NCBI GenBank assembly: GCA_963847445.1
Contig: CAWJZV010000034.1
Span: 224,001-288,000, forward strand
Origin: an uncultured delta proteobacterium
Lineage (GTDB): Bacteria; Desulfobacterota; Binatia; UBA9968
Length of the DNA: 64,000 nt
Reading direction: 5' to 3'
In this document: piece after piece, positions 23,074 through 34,609 of the stretch
Layout of the letters: each line of letters begins with the position of its first letter
Position numbering within the stretch: position 1 is the stretch's first letter
Program-made: the position numbers and the translations under genes
Notes under the pieces: model-generated
What the model saw: only the letters and a program-made list of their open reading frames with translations
What the model was told of the DNA's origin: nothing
Database searches by the model: none

Positions 23074-23084
23074 GAGCCGAGTTC

Positions 23085-24401
23085 ATGTCCATCGATCCTA
23101 TCATCAGCGTGCAGAGCGTCAGCAAGAAATTTTGCCGCTCGCTCAAACGGACCATGCTTTATGGGGCTAAGGATGTGGCCCGCGACCTGTTAGGTATCTC
23201 TCCGAACTCCAGCGAATTGCGAGCGGACGAATTCTGGGCTTTGGAGGACGTTTCATTTGAGGTGCGGCGCGGCGAATGTTTGGGCCTAATCGGACCAAAC
23301 GGCGCCGGCAAAAGTACGCTTTTGAAGCTGCTAAACGGAATTACCCTCCCGGATCATGGCACGATCAAAATCAGCGGCAGTGTCGGTGCCTTGTTGGAAC
23401 TAGGCGCGGGATTTCATCCGGCGCTTACCGGCCGGGAAAATATTTACTTGAATGCTGCAATTCTTGGACTTAGCCAAGAAGAGATATCTGACAAATTTGA
23501 CGCCATCGTCAATTTCGCCGGTTTAGACGAATTCATCGATAGCCCGGTTAAACATTATTCGTCTGGCATGTACGTGCGCCTGGGGTTTGCAATTGCAGTG
23601 CATGCGGAACCGGATATTTTTCTAATCGATGAAGCGCTTGCGGTCGGGGATGTCTCATTCCAGTCCAAGTGTTACGGCAAACTGAGAGAATTCAGCGAGC
23701 GAGGCGTGACCATAATCCTCGTCACGCACAATCTGGACGTTGTCAATTCCCGCTGCAGTCGAGCAGTGTTACTCTCCAAGGGAAATGTGCTCTGCCACGG
23801 GACGCCGAAAACTGCGGTTGATGAATACAACAGGATGATTTCTAAGAGTCGTCCTAAAAGTTACGCGTCCGTCGGAAATCGAGCCGCTGAGGCAAGGTCG
23901 GTGGCTCGGGCAAAGACCATCGAGTGGAACGGATTGTTCAAAGTTAATCCGAACGAAGACCGCTACGGCTCGCATAAAGCCGAAATTCTTGAGGCAGGAA
24001 TATTCGATTTAGATGGCGCTCCGATCCAGGTCATAGAACGGAATCGCGAATTCCTGATCAAAATCAAACTGCGTCACAATGAATCGATGACGACTGCCGT
24101 GGCCGCGTATTCTATCAAAGATGCTAAGGGGATGGTGCTTTGCGGCACGAATACTATGTTCCAGAATATCGAAATGGGACAGGTAGAACGCGGTGCGGTT
24201 GTCCTGGTTGTGTTCAGGCAAGTCGCTCGCCTTAACGCCGGTGCTTATCTTCTTTCCATAGGCTGTGGAGCGTGGGAGACGGAGGCATATGTAGTCTATG
24301 ACCGACGTTTTGATTACATGCCGTTCCAAGTTGTCGAAGCTAGCCAGAGGGTCGGTCTTTTCGATCCAGAATCGGAAATTGAGTGGCAACAACTGCAATA
24401 A
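23085..24401 (+). CDS. wzt: Glycan ABC exporter ATPase Wzt with C-terminal carbohydrate-binding domain
   Basis: GPNGAGKST, YSSGMYVRLGF, DEALAVGD and a ~170-aa C-terminal extension. Confidence 0.92.
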   Translation: MSIDPIISVQSVSKKFCRSLKRTMLYGAKDVARDLLGISPNSSELRADEFWALEDVSFEVRRGECLGLIGPNGAGKSTLLKLLNGITLPDHGTIKISGSVGALLELGAGFHPALTGRENIYLNAAILGLSQEEISDKFDAIVNFAGLDEFIDSPVKHYSSGMYVRLGFAIAVHAEPDIFLIDEALAVGDVSFQSKCYGKLREFSERGVTIILVTHNLDVVNSRCSRAVLLSKGNVLCHGTPKTAVDEYNRMISKSRPKSYASVGNRAAEARSVARAKTIEWNGLFKVNPNEDRYGSHKAEILEAGIFDLDGAPIQVIERNREFLIKIKLRHNESMTTAVAAYSIKDAKGMVLCGTNTMFQNIEMGQVERGAVVLVVFRQVARLNAGAYLLSIGCGAWETEAYVVYDRRFDYMPFQVVEASQRVGLFDPESEIEWQQLQ

Positions 24402-24417
24402 TTCTGGAGTGCGGGCT

Positions 24418-25069
24418 ATGAGCGGCAAGGATGACTTTGGCCAAAGCTTGCCTATTGGCGCGCATCACTACCGGGCTTATGTCGGTCCACCGGAAAAGTA
24501 TGATTTGGTGGGGGCAATGCAGTTTAACTTGCTAACCCACCTTGGACTGCGCGAATTTCATTATCTGCTAGACATTGGCTGCGGATCTTTGCGAGCTGGG
24601 AGATTGTTTATTCCCTATCTACTATCGGGGCACTACTATGGGATTGAGCCACAATCGTGGTTGGTCGAGGAAGGTCTCAACAAGGAATTGGGTCGAGAAA
24701 TTCTGCAACTCAAGCGTCCGGTGTTTAGCCATGACTCAGACTTCAACTGTCTTCAGTTTAACCAACAAGTTTGATTTTGTCGTGGCTCAGTCCATCTTCT
24801 CCCACGCAGCCCCGGCGCAAATTCATCAATGCCTCGGCGAGGTGGGCCCAGAGTCTTCAACCCACGGGCGTATTAGCGGCGACCTTTGTGGCGGGAAAGG
24901 TGGATTACCAGGGAGAACGCTGGGTTTACCCCGAATGTGTCACCTATACACTTAAGCAAATGAAACAGTTCGCCGGCGATCGAACAATCTCATCGCCGAA
25001 ACGATCGATTGGCCTCACCCGAACGGGCAGACCTGGCTCTTGATCAAGCGGCGTGCGAATCGCATTTGA
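24418..25069 (+). CDS. Class I SAM methyltransferase (frameshifted)
   Basis: LLDIGCGSLRAG and AQSIFSH. Confidence 0.8.
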
Positions 25070-25129
25070 GGGGGGCGATTGCGGTGCGAACGGCTCCCGC
25101 GGTGCGATCAATGTGACGTTCTGAACGGC

Positions 25130-26206
25130 ATGGAAAATTCACACGAATGGCCTGTATGCATCATCGGCATGCACCGCAGCGGCACCTCGATGGTTGCCAA
25201 TTTGCTGCGCCTCCATGGCCTTTCATTAGGTCCCGACGAGCGTTTGATGGGCGCCAGCGAGAGCAATCAGTTCGGACATTTCGAGCACACCGGCTTCCTT
25301 GAAATCAACGAGGCGCTTCTGAAGCATTTGGGCGGTTCCTGGGATAGTCCCCCGACGCTCCAATCGGGCTGGGAGCAAGATCCCGACTTGGATGATTTGG
25401 CGCGGAAGGCGAGTGTGCTGCTTAAAGACTTCGCGGCTTGCAAGCATTGGGGTTGGAAGGATCCTCGCACGACGATACTTCTGCCATTCTGGCGGAGAAT
25501 CGTTCCAAACCTCCGATATGTCATTTGTATCCGCAACCCCTTGGAGGTGGCTTGGTCGTTGGCGCAACGCGACGGGCAATCGATTGCCGGGGCAGTCCAT
25601 CTTTGGCGGCAATACACATGTCAGGCAATTCGGAGCACCGAAGGTTATTCACGCATTCTGACTTTTTACGAAGATTACTTCTGTCGACCGACCCAGGAAG
25701 TAAACCGGCTCTCCGAGTTCTGTGGTTTGCGCAACGCGACCGGCGTTTCGCAAATCGAAGCAAGCATTGCCGGCGAGCTACGCCATCAAGTCGGAGGGGT
25801 CGAAGAGCTGCTCAACGAACCGCAGCATTTCCCTCGAGGACAAGTTGCTTTATTTCATGCTTCGCGCGCTACCGTTACCGGGTCCATTCGGCGACGCCCA
25901 AGGATTACATAACCGGAACAAATGTCCGCGGATGGCATGGGTAGCGTCTTGCGGTTGATTTCTGAATTGCATGACCAAGATAAGATCCTGCAATTGGAAA
26001 GTGCCGTCGGCGAAAAGGAGCAACAGTTGAATGCGCTCAGAGCCTTAATGAGAGAAGAATCGAGACGCAAAGACGAAACGATTGCACAACTGCAAGACCG
26101 TAATGCGCGTCTGCAAACTTTTGCCGACGCCGTGCGACAAACTCTAGCGTACCGTTTGTACAGAACTCTTCTCAAACCGTTTAGAGATTCTCGGGCGAGC
26201 CACTAA
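25130..26206 (+). CDS. Sulfotransferase-fold protein with C-terminal coiled coil (frameshifted)
   Basis: IIGMHRSGTS, WGWKDPR and RNPLEVAWSL; ORF 25922-26206 is a heptad-rich helix. Confidence 0.75.
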
Positions 26207-26315
26207 TTTTAGTTGGTTTGCACAGCATGGTTCGAACGAGCACCTGTTGAAAACACTTAAAAGTCACGCTGCGAATATGGGCGGGCTAACCCCTTAAAGG
26301 CGAGGCAGATCTAAG

Positions 26316-27053
26316 ATGCTAAGGCAATTACTGAAGACTTTTGGAATCGACAAGACTGATAGTCCGGTGGTTCAATTCAAAACAGGCATACTCAAAAAAG
26401 CGATGCCAGCGGAATCGGCCATCGTCTTCGGCGATATATGGAAGGTCGACGGCTTCTATACGCAAAAAACACTGGAACTCGGCTGCAAGCGAGCCGCTTT
26501 AGTCGATTCGTTGGAGACGGCTAAGTGGCTCAAGACCAGGCTCCAGTATCCGCAGATTGAGTTCTTCAAAGGGGATTTTTCGAATTCATTGTTCATGAAA
26601 AGCATTGCGGAAAAATTCGATCTGGGAGTGGCCTTTGATATCTTGCTACATCAACCACCTTTGCTCAATACGCTGCACCTCATGCTTGAAAAGATCGACA
26701 AGCGGTTCTGCGTCGTGCAACCGATGCTGCGCGAACAACAGTTTCCTAACGCACTCATCTACTTGCCCGGCAATACCGACGATCTTTACCCGCTCAGGCT
26801 GAACCATGGCGAATTTCGGATGTTCGATATTTCTCAAGTCAATCAGAGCCATTGGATATGGGGAATGACCGCGAGTTTTTTGCATGCCGTCTTGAGCGGC
26901 GAAGGTTTCGATGTCATTCACCAGGAAGAATTGTCGCCATTAGAGAACGAGAAGTGGTTTTGGGGCGGATACGTTTACGAGCGAAAGCGTGACAATCCCG
27001 GTCACTGGTCGGCGGCGAAGGTTACCCCCGGCTTATATAAATCTGATTGGTGA
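26316..27053 (+). CDS. Methyltransferase-like hypothetical protein
   Basis: Intact 245-aa ORF inside the glycan locus; FDLGVAFDILLH resembles a MTase post-motif. Confidence 0.5.
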   Translation: MLRQLLKTFGIDKTDSPVVQFKTGILKKAMPAESAIVFGDIWKVDGFYTQKTLELGCKRAALVDSLETAKWLKTRLQYPQIEFFKGDFSNSLFMKSIAEKFDLGVAFDILLHQPPLLNTLHLMLEKIDKRFCVVQPMLREQQFPNALIYLPGNTDDLYPLRLNHGEFRMFDISQVNQSHWIWGMTASFLHAVLSGEGFDVIHQEELSPLENEKWFWGGYVYERKRDNPGHWSAAKVTPGLYKSDW

Positions 27054-27101
27054 GTCGGGCATCCCGCAATCATAGATTGTGGTTGGTTTCGGAAAATCAC
27101 T

Positions 27102-28029
27102 ATGTCCGGCAAACAAAAGCCTGAGATTTCGATCATTATTCGAAGTAAGAACGAAGAGCGCTTGATCGGGCGGGTTCTCACAGCCATTTTTCAACAGGAC
27201 ATCGATCTTCGATTCGAAGTGATAGTGATCGATTCGGGATCCACCGACGGGACTCTCGACATCGTCCGAAACCATGCCGTGCGGCTTTATGAAATCGAGG
27301 CGCGCGATTTTAGTTATGGCAGCGCGCTCAACTTGGGCGCAACATTAGCGCAGGGCCAGTACCTAATAAACCTCTCTGCCCACTGTATCCCAACGAGCGA
27401 TCGATGGATTGCCAACATAGCTCAGGGATTTGCGGCCCAAGTCACGCATTGCCGCCACCTACGGCGGGCAGGTTCCAATTAAAGGTTTAAACCCCTTCGA
27501 AGAGCGGTCGTTGTTGGCGGCATTCAAACCGGACGACTATGGCAGAATCGGGCCGCCGTTTTCAAACGCGAACTGTGCGATTCGAAGGGAAATTTGGCAA
27601 CGGTATCCATTCGATGAAACGGCAAGTTTCGCCGAAGATTACATCTGGTCGCAACTGCTCCCGAAAGAGTTCGAAATCAAATACGTCCCAGAAGCCGAGG
27701 TTTATCACACGCATCCGGCACGATTTAAGTATTGGGCAAAGCGCTCCTATGACAACGGCTTGTTTGTGCAGTATCTACAATATGCCTACGGACTTCAGTA
27801 TCGATGGGCGGGAGGAGAAAATCGACTTGCCAACAATCCACGCGACTTCGGTGCGGTGCTTCGGTACGCGGTTCGCTCCGTCAGAGTCATGAGGTTCTTG
27901 ATTGCGAATGGATATTTGAAGTTCCTGCCGGTTTTTCCGATCTATTCGGCCTTGGAACAATACTACTACCGCAAAGGATTGGCCGACGGTCGTAAGCTTT
28001 ACGGGTCGCGGGAAAGGCCTCTTTCATGA
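27102..28029 (+). CDS. GT2 glycosyltransferase (rhamnosyltransferase-like), frameshifted
   Basis: IIIRSKNEE, IDSGSTD, FSNAN, AED. Confidence 0.85.
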
Positions 28030-28032
28030 GCG

Positions 28033-29002
28033 GTGGCAGCGTGCGAAATTTCCATAGTGCTGCTTACCTTCAATGGGGAGCAATATTTGGCGGAGGTCCT
28101 AGCGTCGATCTTCACGCAGCGAACGAGGTTGAGTTATGAAGTCCTTGCGATTGACTCGGGTTCCACTGATCGAACGCTGGAAATCCTCAATAAACATCCC
28201 GTCCGTGTCATGCAAATTCCCAACCTGAGAGTTTGGTCACGGCCGGACGCGAAATTTGGCGGCTCAAAATAGTTTAGGTCGTTATGTTGTATTCTTAACC
28301 CAAGACGCCGAACCCGCTAACGAACACTGGCTGGAAAACTTGGTTCGCCCGCTTGTCGAAGATGAGCGGGTGGCCGGAAGTTATAGTCGCCAAGTTCCCA
28401 GACCGGACTGTAATCCCATCGAATCTCGGGATATCGGTATCGGCGCCGGCCCGCTGAGCACGGTCAAGAGGGTCGATCAACAGGATCCGTTGCAGAAACA
28501 GAACTATGCCGCGTGCTTGTTTCGATTTATCGCCTTCTCCAATGTCAGCTCATGTATCCGCCGTGATGCGCTGGACAGATTACCCTTCTCCGAAAAGATC
28601 GTGATGGTGGAGGATCAGGAATGGTGCAAGCGGGCCATAGAGTCGGGCTACTGGATCATCTACGAAGCGACGTCGGTAGTTCACCATTCCCACAATCATC
28701 CGTTACCGATGATTTACCAGCGACATTTCGACTACGGGTTGTCGCTGCGAGAATTTGCGTCACTTCCACTTTCTTTCAAAGGAGTCTTATCTTACGCGGT
28801 TTTCGAGGCAATGGGCGACGTCATATTCATTGTCGGTCGGCGAGAAGGCGCGCTATCTACTTGGAAATGGATCCTCAAAGCGCCAATCATTCGGTTTGTC
28901 ATGCGCTACGGTCTTTACAGAGGTTTGCGTAGCAGGATCCGGCCGCCGGTGGTTGTCACTAAAGAAGTTGCATTTCGCCCGACCGAATCGAAGATCCGCT
29001 GA
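28033..29002 (+). CDS. GT2 glycosyltransferase (rhamnosyltransferase-like), frameshifted
   Basis: IDSGSTD, LTQDA, FSNVSS, ED, HSH. Confidence 0.85.
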
Positions 29003-29009
29003 TGCTGGA

Positions 29010-29895
29010 TTACGTCTTGTTTACGCGCAGCGGTAGCCATGCGACTAACAGGGAAAACGGTGGAGTGAGAGATCGATAACGGAAACAGCGCACGATTGCC
29101 CGGCCGCCGAGACCTACGATCTTGGTCAAAACCAGAAGCGGAATCTCTGCCGGATGCTGCCACGTCTTCAAGCTCAAGAGCAGATGGCCGCGCGCCATGT
29201 GATATTCATAGAAGAAGCTAGATCGCGCAACGGAGGGTCCGTAGTCATGTTTTACATAGGCATCCGTCGCGCATACTACCTTTTTGCGTTGGCGAGTCAG
29301 GCGCCAAGCCAGTTCGGCATCTTCGCCATACATGAAAAATGCTTCGTCAAATAATGGCGATTTACTAACCAATCGACTCGGTACCAACAGGCAACAACCG
29401 GTAAAATAATGAAAGCGAAACCGTCCCGGTCGTGAATATAGCAAGCCAAGATAACGGTGATACCAGACGCCTTGCTCCCGCTCGGTGGAATCGCTCGATA
29501 CCACCCTTGGCGCGGCGAGTACGGCTTCGGGTTCGTGTTCCAACGCCCGGAGCAGCCCGGCCACTAGCCCCGGTCCCGCCACCGCGTCATTGTTTAGTAA
29601 CAAGTAATAGTCGTGCGGCGATTGAGCTTGTTGGTCATGGGCGATGACGAAGTTAACGCCTTTGCCAAAACCGAGGTTGGTCCCGGCGGAAATGATTTCG
29701 ACCGCAAAGTCAGCTCGTTGGGCGCGAACTTGATCGACGGGCTTTATGAAGAGTTGCAGCCGCTTCGCCTTTCTGGGAATTATCCAGAACATAAATGGTC
29801 TTTAGGCCTTGGCCGATCAGCGAGATCAAGCAGTTTTTTGTTATCTCTGCGCCGTAATAGTCGAGTACAATGGCGCAGACAGTTGGGATGCTCAT
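29010..29895 (-). CDS. GT2 glycosyltransferase, frameshifted
   Basis: NLGFGKGVN, LLNNDA, FFMYGED. Confidence 0.85.
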
Positions 29896-29907
29896 GGTGG
29901 GTTACAA

Positions 29908-30705
29908 ATGATGCTATCGACGGAATTTTATTTTATCGCTTTCTTGTTCGGAGCCATGGTCGGCAGTTTTCTCAATGTCTGCATTGCCCGCATTCCGAAC
30001 GATGAATCGATCGTTCAGCCGTCTTCACATTGTCCTAAATGTAAGGTTTCGATTCCTTTTTACTATAACATACCGTTGCTTAGCTATGTATTGCTTCGGG
30101 CTCGGTGTCATTCCTGCAGGGAAAGTATCTCGCCGCGCTATTTCATCGTTGAGCTGCTGACGGCGCTACTCTCCGTGATGCTCTATTCCTGGTTTGGGCT
30201 GAGCTACACGTTCTTTGTGAGTTTTGTCTTCGCCGCCGCGCTGATCGTGATTTCGTTCATCGATCTCGACGTTAGGATCGTACCGGACGTGATCAGTTTG
30301 CCTGGGATCGTTGTTGGCTTGGTGTTCTCAGTCATCGGTTATTTCGTCTTTGCCGATTCCTTCGAGATCCTGCCGACGCCGCTAAGTTCGCTCATCGGTA
30401 TCCTCGTTGGCGGCGGGTTCTTACTCGCCACGGCCTGGGCCTACGAAAAATTCACTGGAGTAGACGGCATGGGCGGCGGCGACATCAAACTGTTGGCGAT
30501 GATCGGTGCGTTCCTCGGCTGGCCGTCGGTGCCGGTCACGCTTTTTGTCGCCTCGATCTTGGGTTCAGTGATCGGGATCGGCCTGATGGTCGCCACCGGC
30601 GCCGGTCGCCGGCTGGCATTGCCGTTCGCGCCTTTTCTATGCTCGGGGGCGCTGGCGTATCTTTTCTACGGCAGTCAGCTGATCGGTCTCTATCTCGGCG
30701 ATTAA
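29908..30705 (+). CDS. pilD: Prepilin peptidase / N-methyltransferase
   Basis: GSFLNVCI, CPKC...CHSC, FIDLD, GMGGGDIKL, PFAPFL. Confidence 0.93.
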   Translation: MMLSTEFYFIAFLFGAMVGSFLNVCIARIPNDESIVQPSSHCPKCKVSIPFYYNIPLLSYVLLRARCHSCRESISPRYFIVELLTALLSVMLYSWFGLSYTFFVSFVFAAALIVISFIDLDVRIVPDVISLPGIVVGLVFSVIGYFVFADSFEILPTPLSSLIGILVGGGFLLATAWAYEKFTGVDGMGGGDIKLLAMIGAFLGWPSVPVTLFVASILGSVIGIGLMVATGAGRRLALPFAPFLCSGALAYLFYGSQLIGLYLGD

Positions 30706-31252
30706 CTTCGCTAGGCAGCTCGGTTCGTGTCTGGCTGATTTATTCCGGCATACAGCACCGCCTCGGGGGTAAATCTTGTGTCATGGGGTTTATTGTCCTC
30801 TGACGGCACACGAGCCGCTTACAAATTCGAAAGATGGCGAACAGCATCGAAAGATCGACCGATGCAATAATTGTTAGAATAAACGACCGTTGTAACTCGC
30901 TGATTGATGCGATTCGCCGTTCCCTGGAATGGTCACCAGTACGACCCAGCCTGGCACTTGCAACTCGTACTTCATCGGCACGGTTCAGTAGCTCGCTATA
31001 AATTGACGCCCACCTCGTTCCATTCGATATCGCCGATGGCGGCCTTGCCGATTAGAGTTTCCAGCCATTCCGCTGGCACTGTTAGGCAATACAGTAATGC
31101 GACGCCGTTGATTTCAAATGGGTGGCAAGTTTGCGCCGCAGCTAAGGCGAAACCAAACAACTCAAGAATCCAGGGTCTTGCTGGATGCGATTTGGCGGGG
31201 TCTTGACAGATTGATCTGAGACCCATATGGTCCGCCAGCTTTTGGAGGGACC

Positions 31253-31702
31253 ATGCGTGTCATCGAAGTTTACGGCTTCTCGACAATTGAATTGGTGGTT
31301 GTCGTTGCGTTGACCGGGGCGATGGCGGCGATTGCGCTGCCCAACTGGAACCGCTTCCTAAAGAGCTACCATCTCAACAACTCGGTTCGTCAGATTCAAT
31401 CCGAGCTGCACACCCTCAAGTCGCGCGCGGCAGCGGAAAACGTCAGGTTTCAGTTGGTCTATGCCGCCGGTGCGAGGGACTACACGATTCAACGCGATAG
31501 CATAGCCCTGGTTACCAAGCCGTTGGCTGAAGGGACGATGATCGCCAAAGCGGGGACGGTGACATTCTCGCCGCGCGGCACGGCGGCGGCGAATCGCTTG
31601 CGTTTGCTCGATAGTGAACTAGGCGCGTGCCGACAAATCGTCGTCAGCGCCACCGGTCGGGTGCGCTCATGCACGCCCAACAGTTGCGCGGAGGATTGCT
31701 AA
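31253..31702 (+). CDS. FimT/GspH-like minor pilin
   Basis: G|FSTIELVVV prepilin motif; FSPRG and GRVR. Confidence 0.8.
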   Translation: MRVIEVYGFSTIELVVVVALTGAMAAIALPNWNRFLKSYHLNNSVRQIQSELHTLKSRAAAENVRFQLVYAAGARDYTIQRDSIALVTKPLAEGTMIAKAGTVTFSPRGTAAANRLRLLDSELGACRQIVVSATGRVRSCTPNSCAEDC

Positions 31703-31703
31703 G

Positions 31704-32117
31704 ATGGCCCGGTTGCTTTGGCGTTCGAGACTCGATCAACGTGGCTACACCTTCAACGAACTGTTAGCGGCCATGTCCCTCTGTATGGTCGCCGTGATGA
31801 GTTATTCGTTGAACAGCGCGTCGATGTTTCGCCAACAGACGGTCAACGGCAACGCGACTATCGCACTGCAATTGGCCCAGGATAAACTTGAAGAGCTACA
31901 AGCCCGACGCAATCCCGCCGATGAAAATCGCTGTCCAGGCGCTGGGGATCTTGGGCTGTCCGCCAGCGGCGGCTCGGGAGGGCGTTTCGACCGTTGCTGG
32001 CGTGTTCAGCCATCATCGCTGGGAGCCGATCTCAAGCAACTCGATGTCACGGTGACATGGCGCGATTTCCAACCTGGTGAAGTGACGCTGTCGGCGCTGC
32101 TGTTCGCGGGATCGTGA
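31704..32117 (+). CDS. PilV-like minor pilin
   Basis: RG|YTFNELL, LAQDKLEEL, VTVTW. Confidence 0.75.
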   Translation: MARLLWRSRLDQRGYTFNELLAAMSLCMVAVMSYSLNSASMFRQQTVNGNATIALQLAQDKLEELQARRNPADENRCPGAGDLGLSASGGSGGRFDRCWRVQPSSLGADLKQLDVTVTWRDFQPGEVTLSALLFAGS

Positions 32118-32761
32118 TGGCGCCAATGCATGACCAACGCGGCGTGACGTTGATCGAACAATTGATCGCCCTAGGATTGGGCGCGCTGATGATGACCGGA
32201 TTATTTGGCTATTTCCGCTCGGAGGTTTTTCATTTGCGCGCGCTTGAGACCAGGATTACGACGATGGAGGATGCCCGCGGAGCGTTGGACATCATGATTC
32301 GCGACTTGAAAAACGCCGGTTCCTGGGGCACCGGCAGCGCTCCGGCGGAAAGCGCCGGCGCGGACGATCCTGACGGCGATGCCGACTCTGTGTGCAATCG
32401 CGTCTACCGGGCGACCGCCACCATCATCCACGTGCAAATGGATCTTAACGGCAACGGCAACTGCACGGATCTCGAACCGCGAGAAAACCTCCGCTACGAA
32501 CTAACCGGCCCGACTTCCAGTTGTTCTGGCCCGAAGATCATTCGGCGCAACGGCGACTGCCTGGTGGCCAATGCCGTGGCGGGTCCTGGGGCGTTGTTCA
32601 CTTACTACGATGGCGCCGGCAATCAGCTCGGTGCGACACCGGACCGCACGGCTATTCGCCGTGTGCGCATATCCTTCGCGCTTCGGACGGCGAACCCGGA
32701 CCCGCGCGTCGGCGGTACGCTGACTTCGCAACTGTCGAGCAGCGTCGAGTTTCGCAATTAG
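32114..32761 (+). CDS. PilW-like minor pilin
   Basis: RG|VTLIEQL, RDLKNAG, terminal VEFRN. Confidence 0.78.
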   Translation: MMAPMHDQRGVTLIEQLIALGLGALMMTGLFGYFRSEVFHLRALETRITTMEDARGALDIMIRDLKNAGSWGTGSAPAESAGADDPDGDADSVCNRVYRATATIIHVQMDLNGNGNCTDLEPRENLRYELTGPTSSCSGPKIIRRNGDCLVANAVAGPGALFTYYDGAGNQLGATPDRTAIRRVRISFALRTANPDPRVGGTLTSQLSSSVEFRN

Positions 32762-32770
32762 ACGGTCTCA

Positions 32771-33940
32771 GTGAAAGGTTGGGCGATTTGATAAAAAACC
32801 AACGCGGTATCGTCCTGGCTGGCACGCTGATGATTCTCTCGGCGCTCGCGATCGCCGGCGTGGCCGCACGGGTGATGCTGCAAAACGATCACCGCACGTC
32901 GGCCAATCTGCGCGCTGGCTCACAGACTTTTTATCTCGCCGCTTCCGGCATCGAATGGGGCAAGAGTGAGATGTTGGCATCCCCAGGGCTCACGCCGGCA
33001 CCGGCGGACCGGTCGGTGGATTTCACTAATGGCAGGTTCTCGGTCTCCTTCGGATCGGCGTTGAGTCTTAGACCGCTATCGGCGCAGTTTGTCGTGCGAT
33101 CTTTAGGGATACTCGGCCGTGATTCTCACATGCTGCAAGCCCGATTGAGCAAGATCTATGATCTTGCCGATGGCGCGCTCGGGCTGCGCGGCAATATTCA
33201 GGCGGTTCATTTCGCCGGCGCCGGCATCGCCATTTCCGGCATCGATCATGATCCGGCGACCGGCCAGCCGGACGGCGCTGCGACGGGTCGTCTGGCAGTT
33301 TCCACCGATTCCCAGTCGCTGAGCGATCTGGTCGGGGCGCAGACAGCGAGTTTGCCGGCTGGTAGCTGGCAAAGCGCTGCGGGCGGGCCGGCCGTTGCGC
33401 CGAGTAGTCATCTTACCTCTGCCGCACTCAGTCAACTGGCCGACACTCTTTGTACCGCTCCGGGAGCAGTAACCCTGTCGATACCGGTTACGGGTGCGCT
33501 GACTCTGGCAAACCAGATTTGGGGAACGCCAACGACGCCGCAACTGCGCTGTATCGAGGGAATTTCTGGCGCCGGGGATGCCGTGACGCTGGCTGGCGAG
33601 TCCGCCGGCGCCGGTATCCTCGTCGTCAGAAATGCCGACACTAATCTTGAGCGGGGCGATGCGCTGGGAAGGCTTGATTCTCGTTACCGGCAGCGAGGTT
33701 AGTCTGAAGGCTGGAGTGTCGAGCACGACCAATATTTTTGGCTCGGTTATGATCAATGAGACAGCCACCCCAAGCCTTGGAGCTTTAGCTCTGGACATTC
33801 AGGGGAGTTTCCGGGTGTCTTATAGTCGCTTGGCGCAAAGCCGCGTTGCCGGCTTGATTCCTAGCAGCGAGTTTGCTGCGCTCCACGCCAGCTTGCCGGC
33901 TTCGATTAAGCAGGATTATTGGCGCTCGGAAAGCCCGTGA
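32771..33940 (+). CDS. PilX-like minor pilin (frameshifted, start approximate)
   Basis: NQRG|IVL lacking Glu5, FYLAASGIE, GILVV. Confidence 0.72.
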
Positions 33941-34132
33941 AAAAGCCCCGAAGGTTTAATTTACATTACCGCTGCAAGATGCTAAATAACGATTCTACAA
34001 TGGTTTGGGAGCAATTGACTGGCCCATGGAACGAGCTTCCATGTGAGCTGGAAGTTTTTCTGACAATTCCCAGACCTGATCATGTAAAATACCGAGTCTG
34101 AGTTTACGGTAGCGGTGTAAGAGGGAGAGCGC

Positions 34133-34522
34133 ATGGATACCAAAAAGACCATAATGGTGGTTGACGATAACCCCGATATCATTACGATCGTCAAAACCAT
34201 TTTGGAGGGCAGGGGGTTTACCGTTTTTAGTGCCTCCAGCGGCGCCGAATTGCTCAACCTGCTGCCGACTCAAAAGGCCGATTTGATCATTCTCGACATC
34301 ATGATGCCGGAGATGGACGGTCTCGAAGTGCTCACCCGGCTCAAGGGCAAGACTGAAACCTCGACGATTCCGGTAATTCTCCTGACCGCCAAGGTGCAGT
34401 ACGAAGACGTGCTCGGCGGCTACAAGTTGGGCGCGGACTATTACATCACCAAACCCTTCACCAGCACACAGCTGGTCAACGGCATTAATTTGCTGCTCGG
34501 CGAAGGCAAAGCCGCTAGTTAA
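34133..34522 (+). CDS. Single-domain response regulator
   Basis: VVDD, LDIMMPEMDG, LTAK, ITKPF. Confidence 0.93.
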   Translation: MDTKKTIMVVDDNPDIITIVKTILEGRGFTVFSASSGAELLNLLPTQKADLIILDIMMPEMDGLEVLTRLKGKTETSTIPVILLTAKVQYEDVLGGYKLGADYYITKPFTSTQLVNGINLLLGEGKAAS

Positions 34523-34609
34523 TTCGCAGTTCAGGTTATTTACCCCGTTCCCGGCCCAGCCAAGCGCGCGATTTGCATCTTGTCTGGGTTTTCTTCATTC
34601 TCATAGTCC

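Noticed and set aside
30710-31250. Long spacer before the minor pilins as riboswitch or sigma54 promoter
   Set aside because: The TGGCAC-like hits lack a correctly spaced -12 element and no riboswitch consensus was recognised
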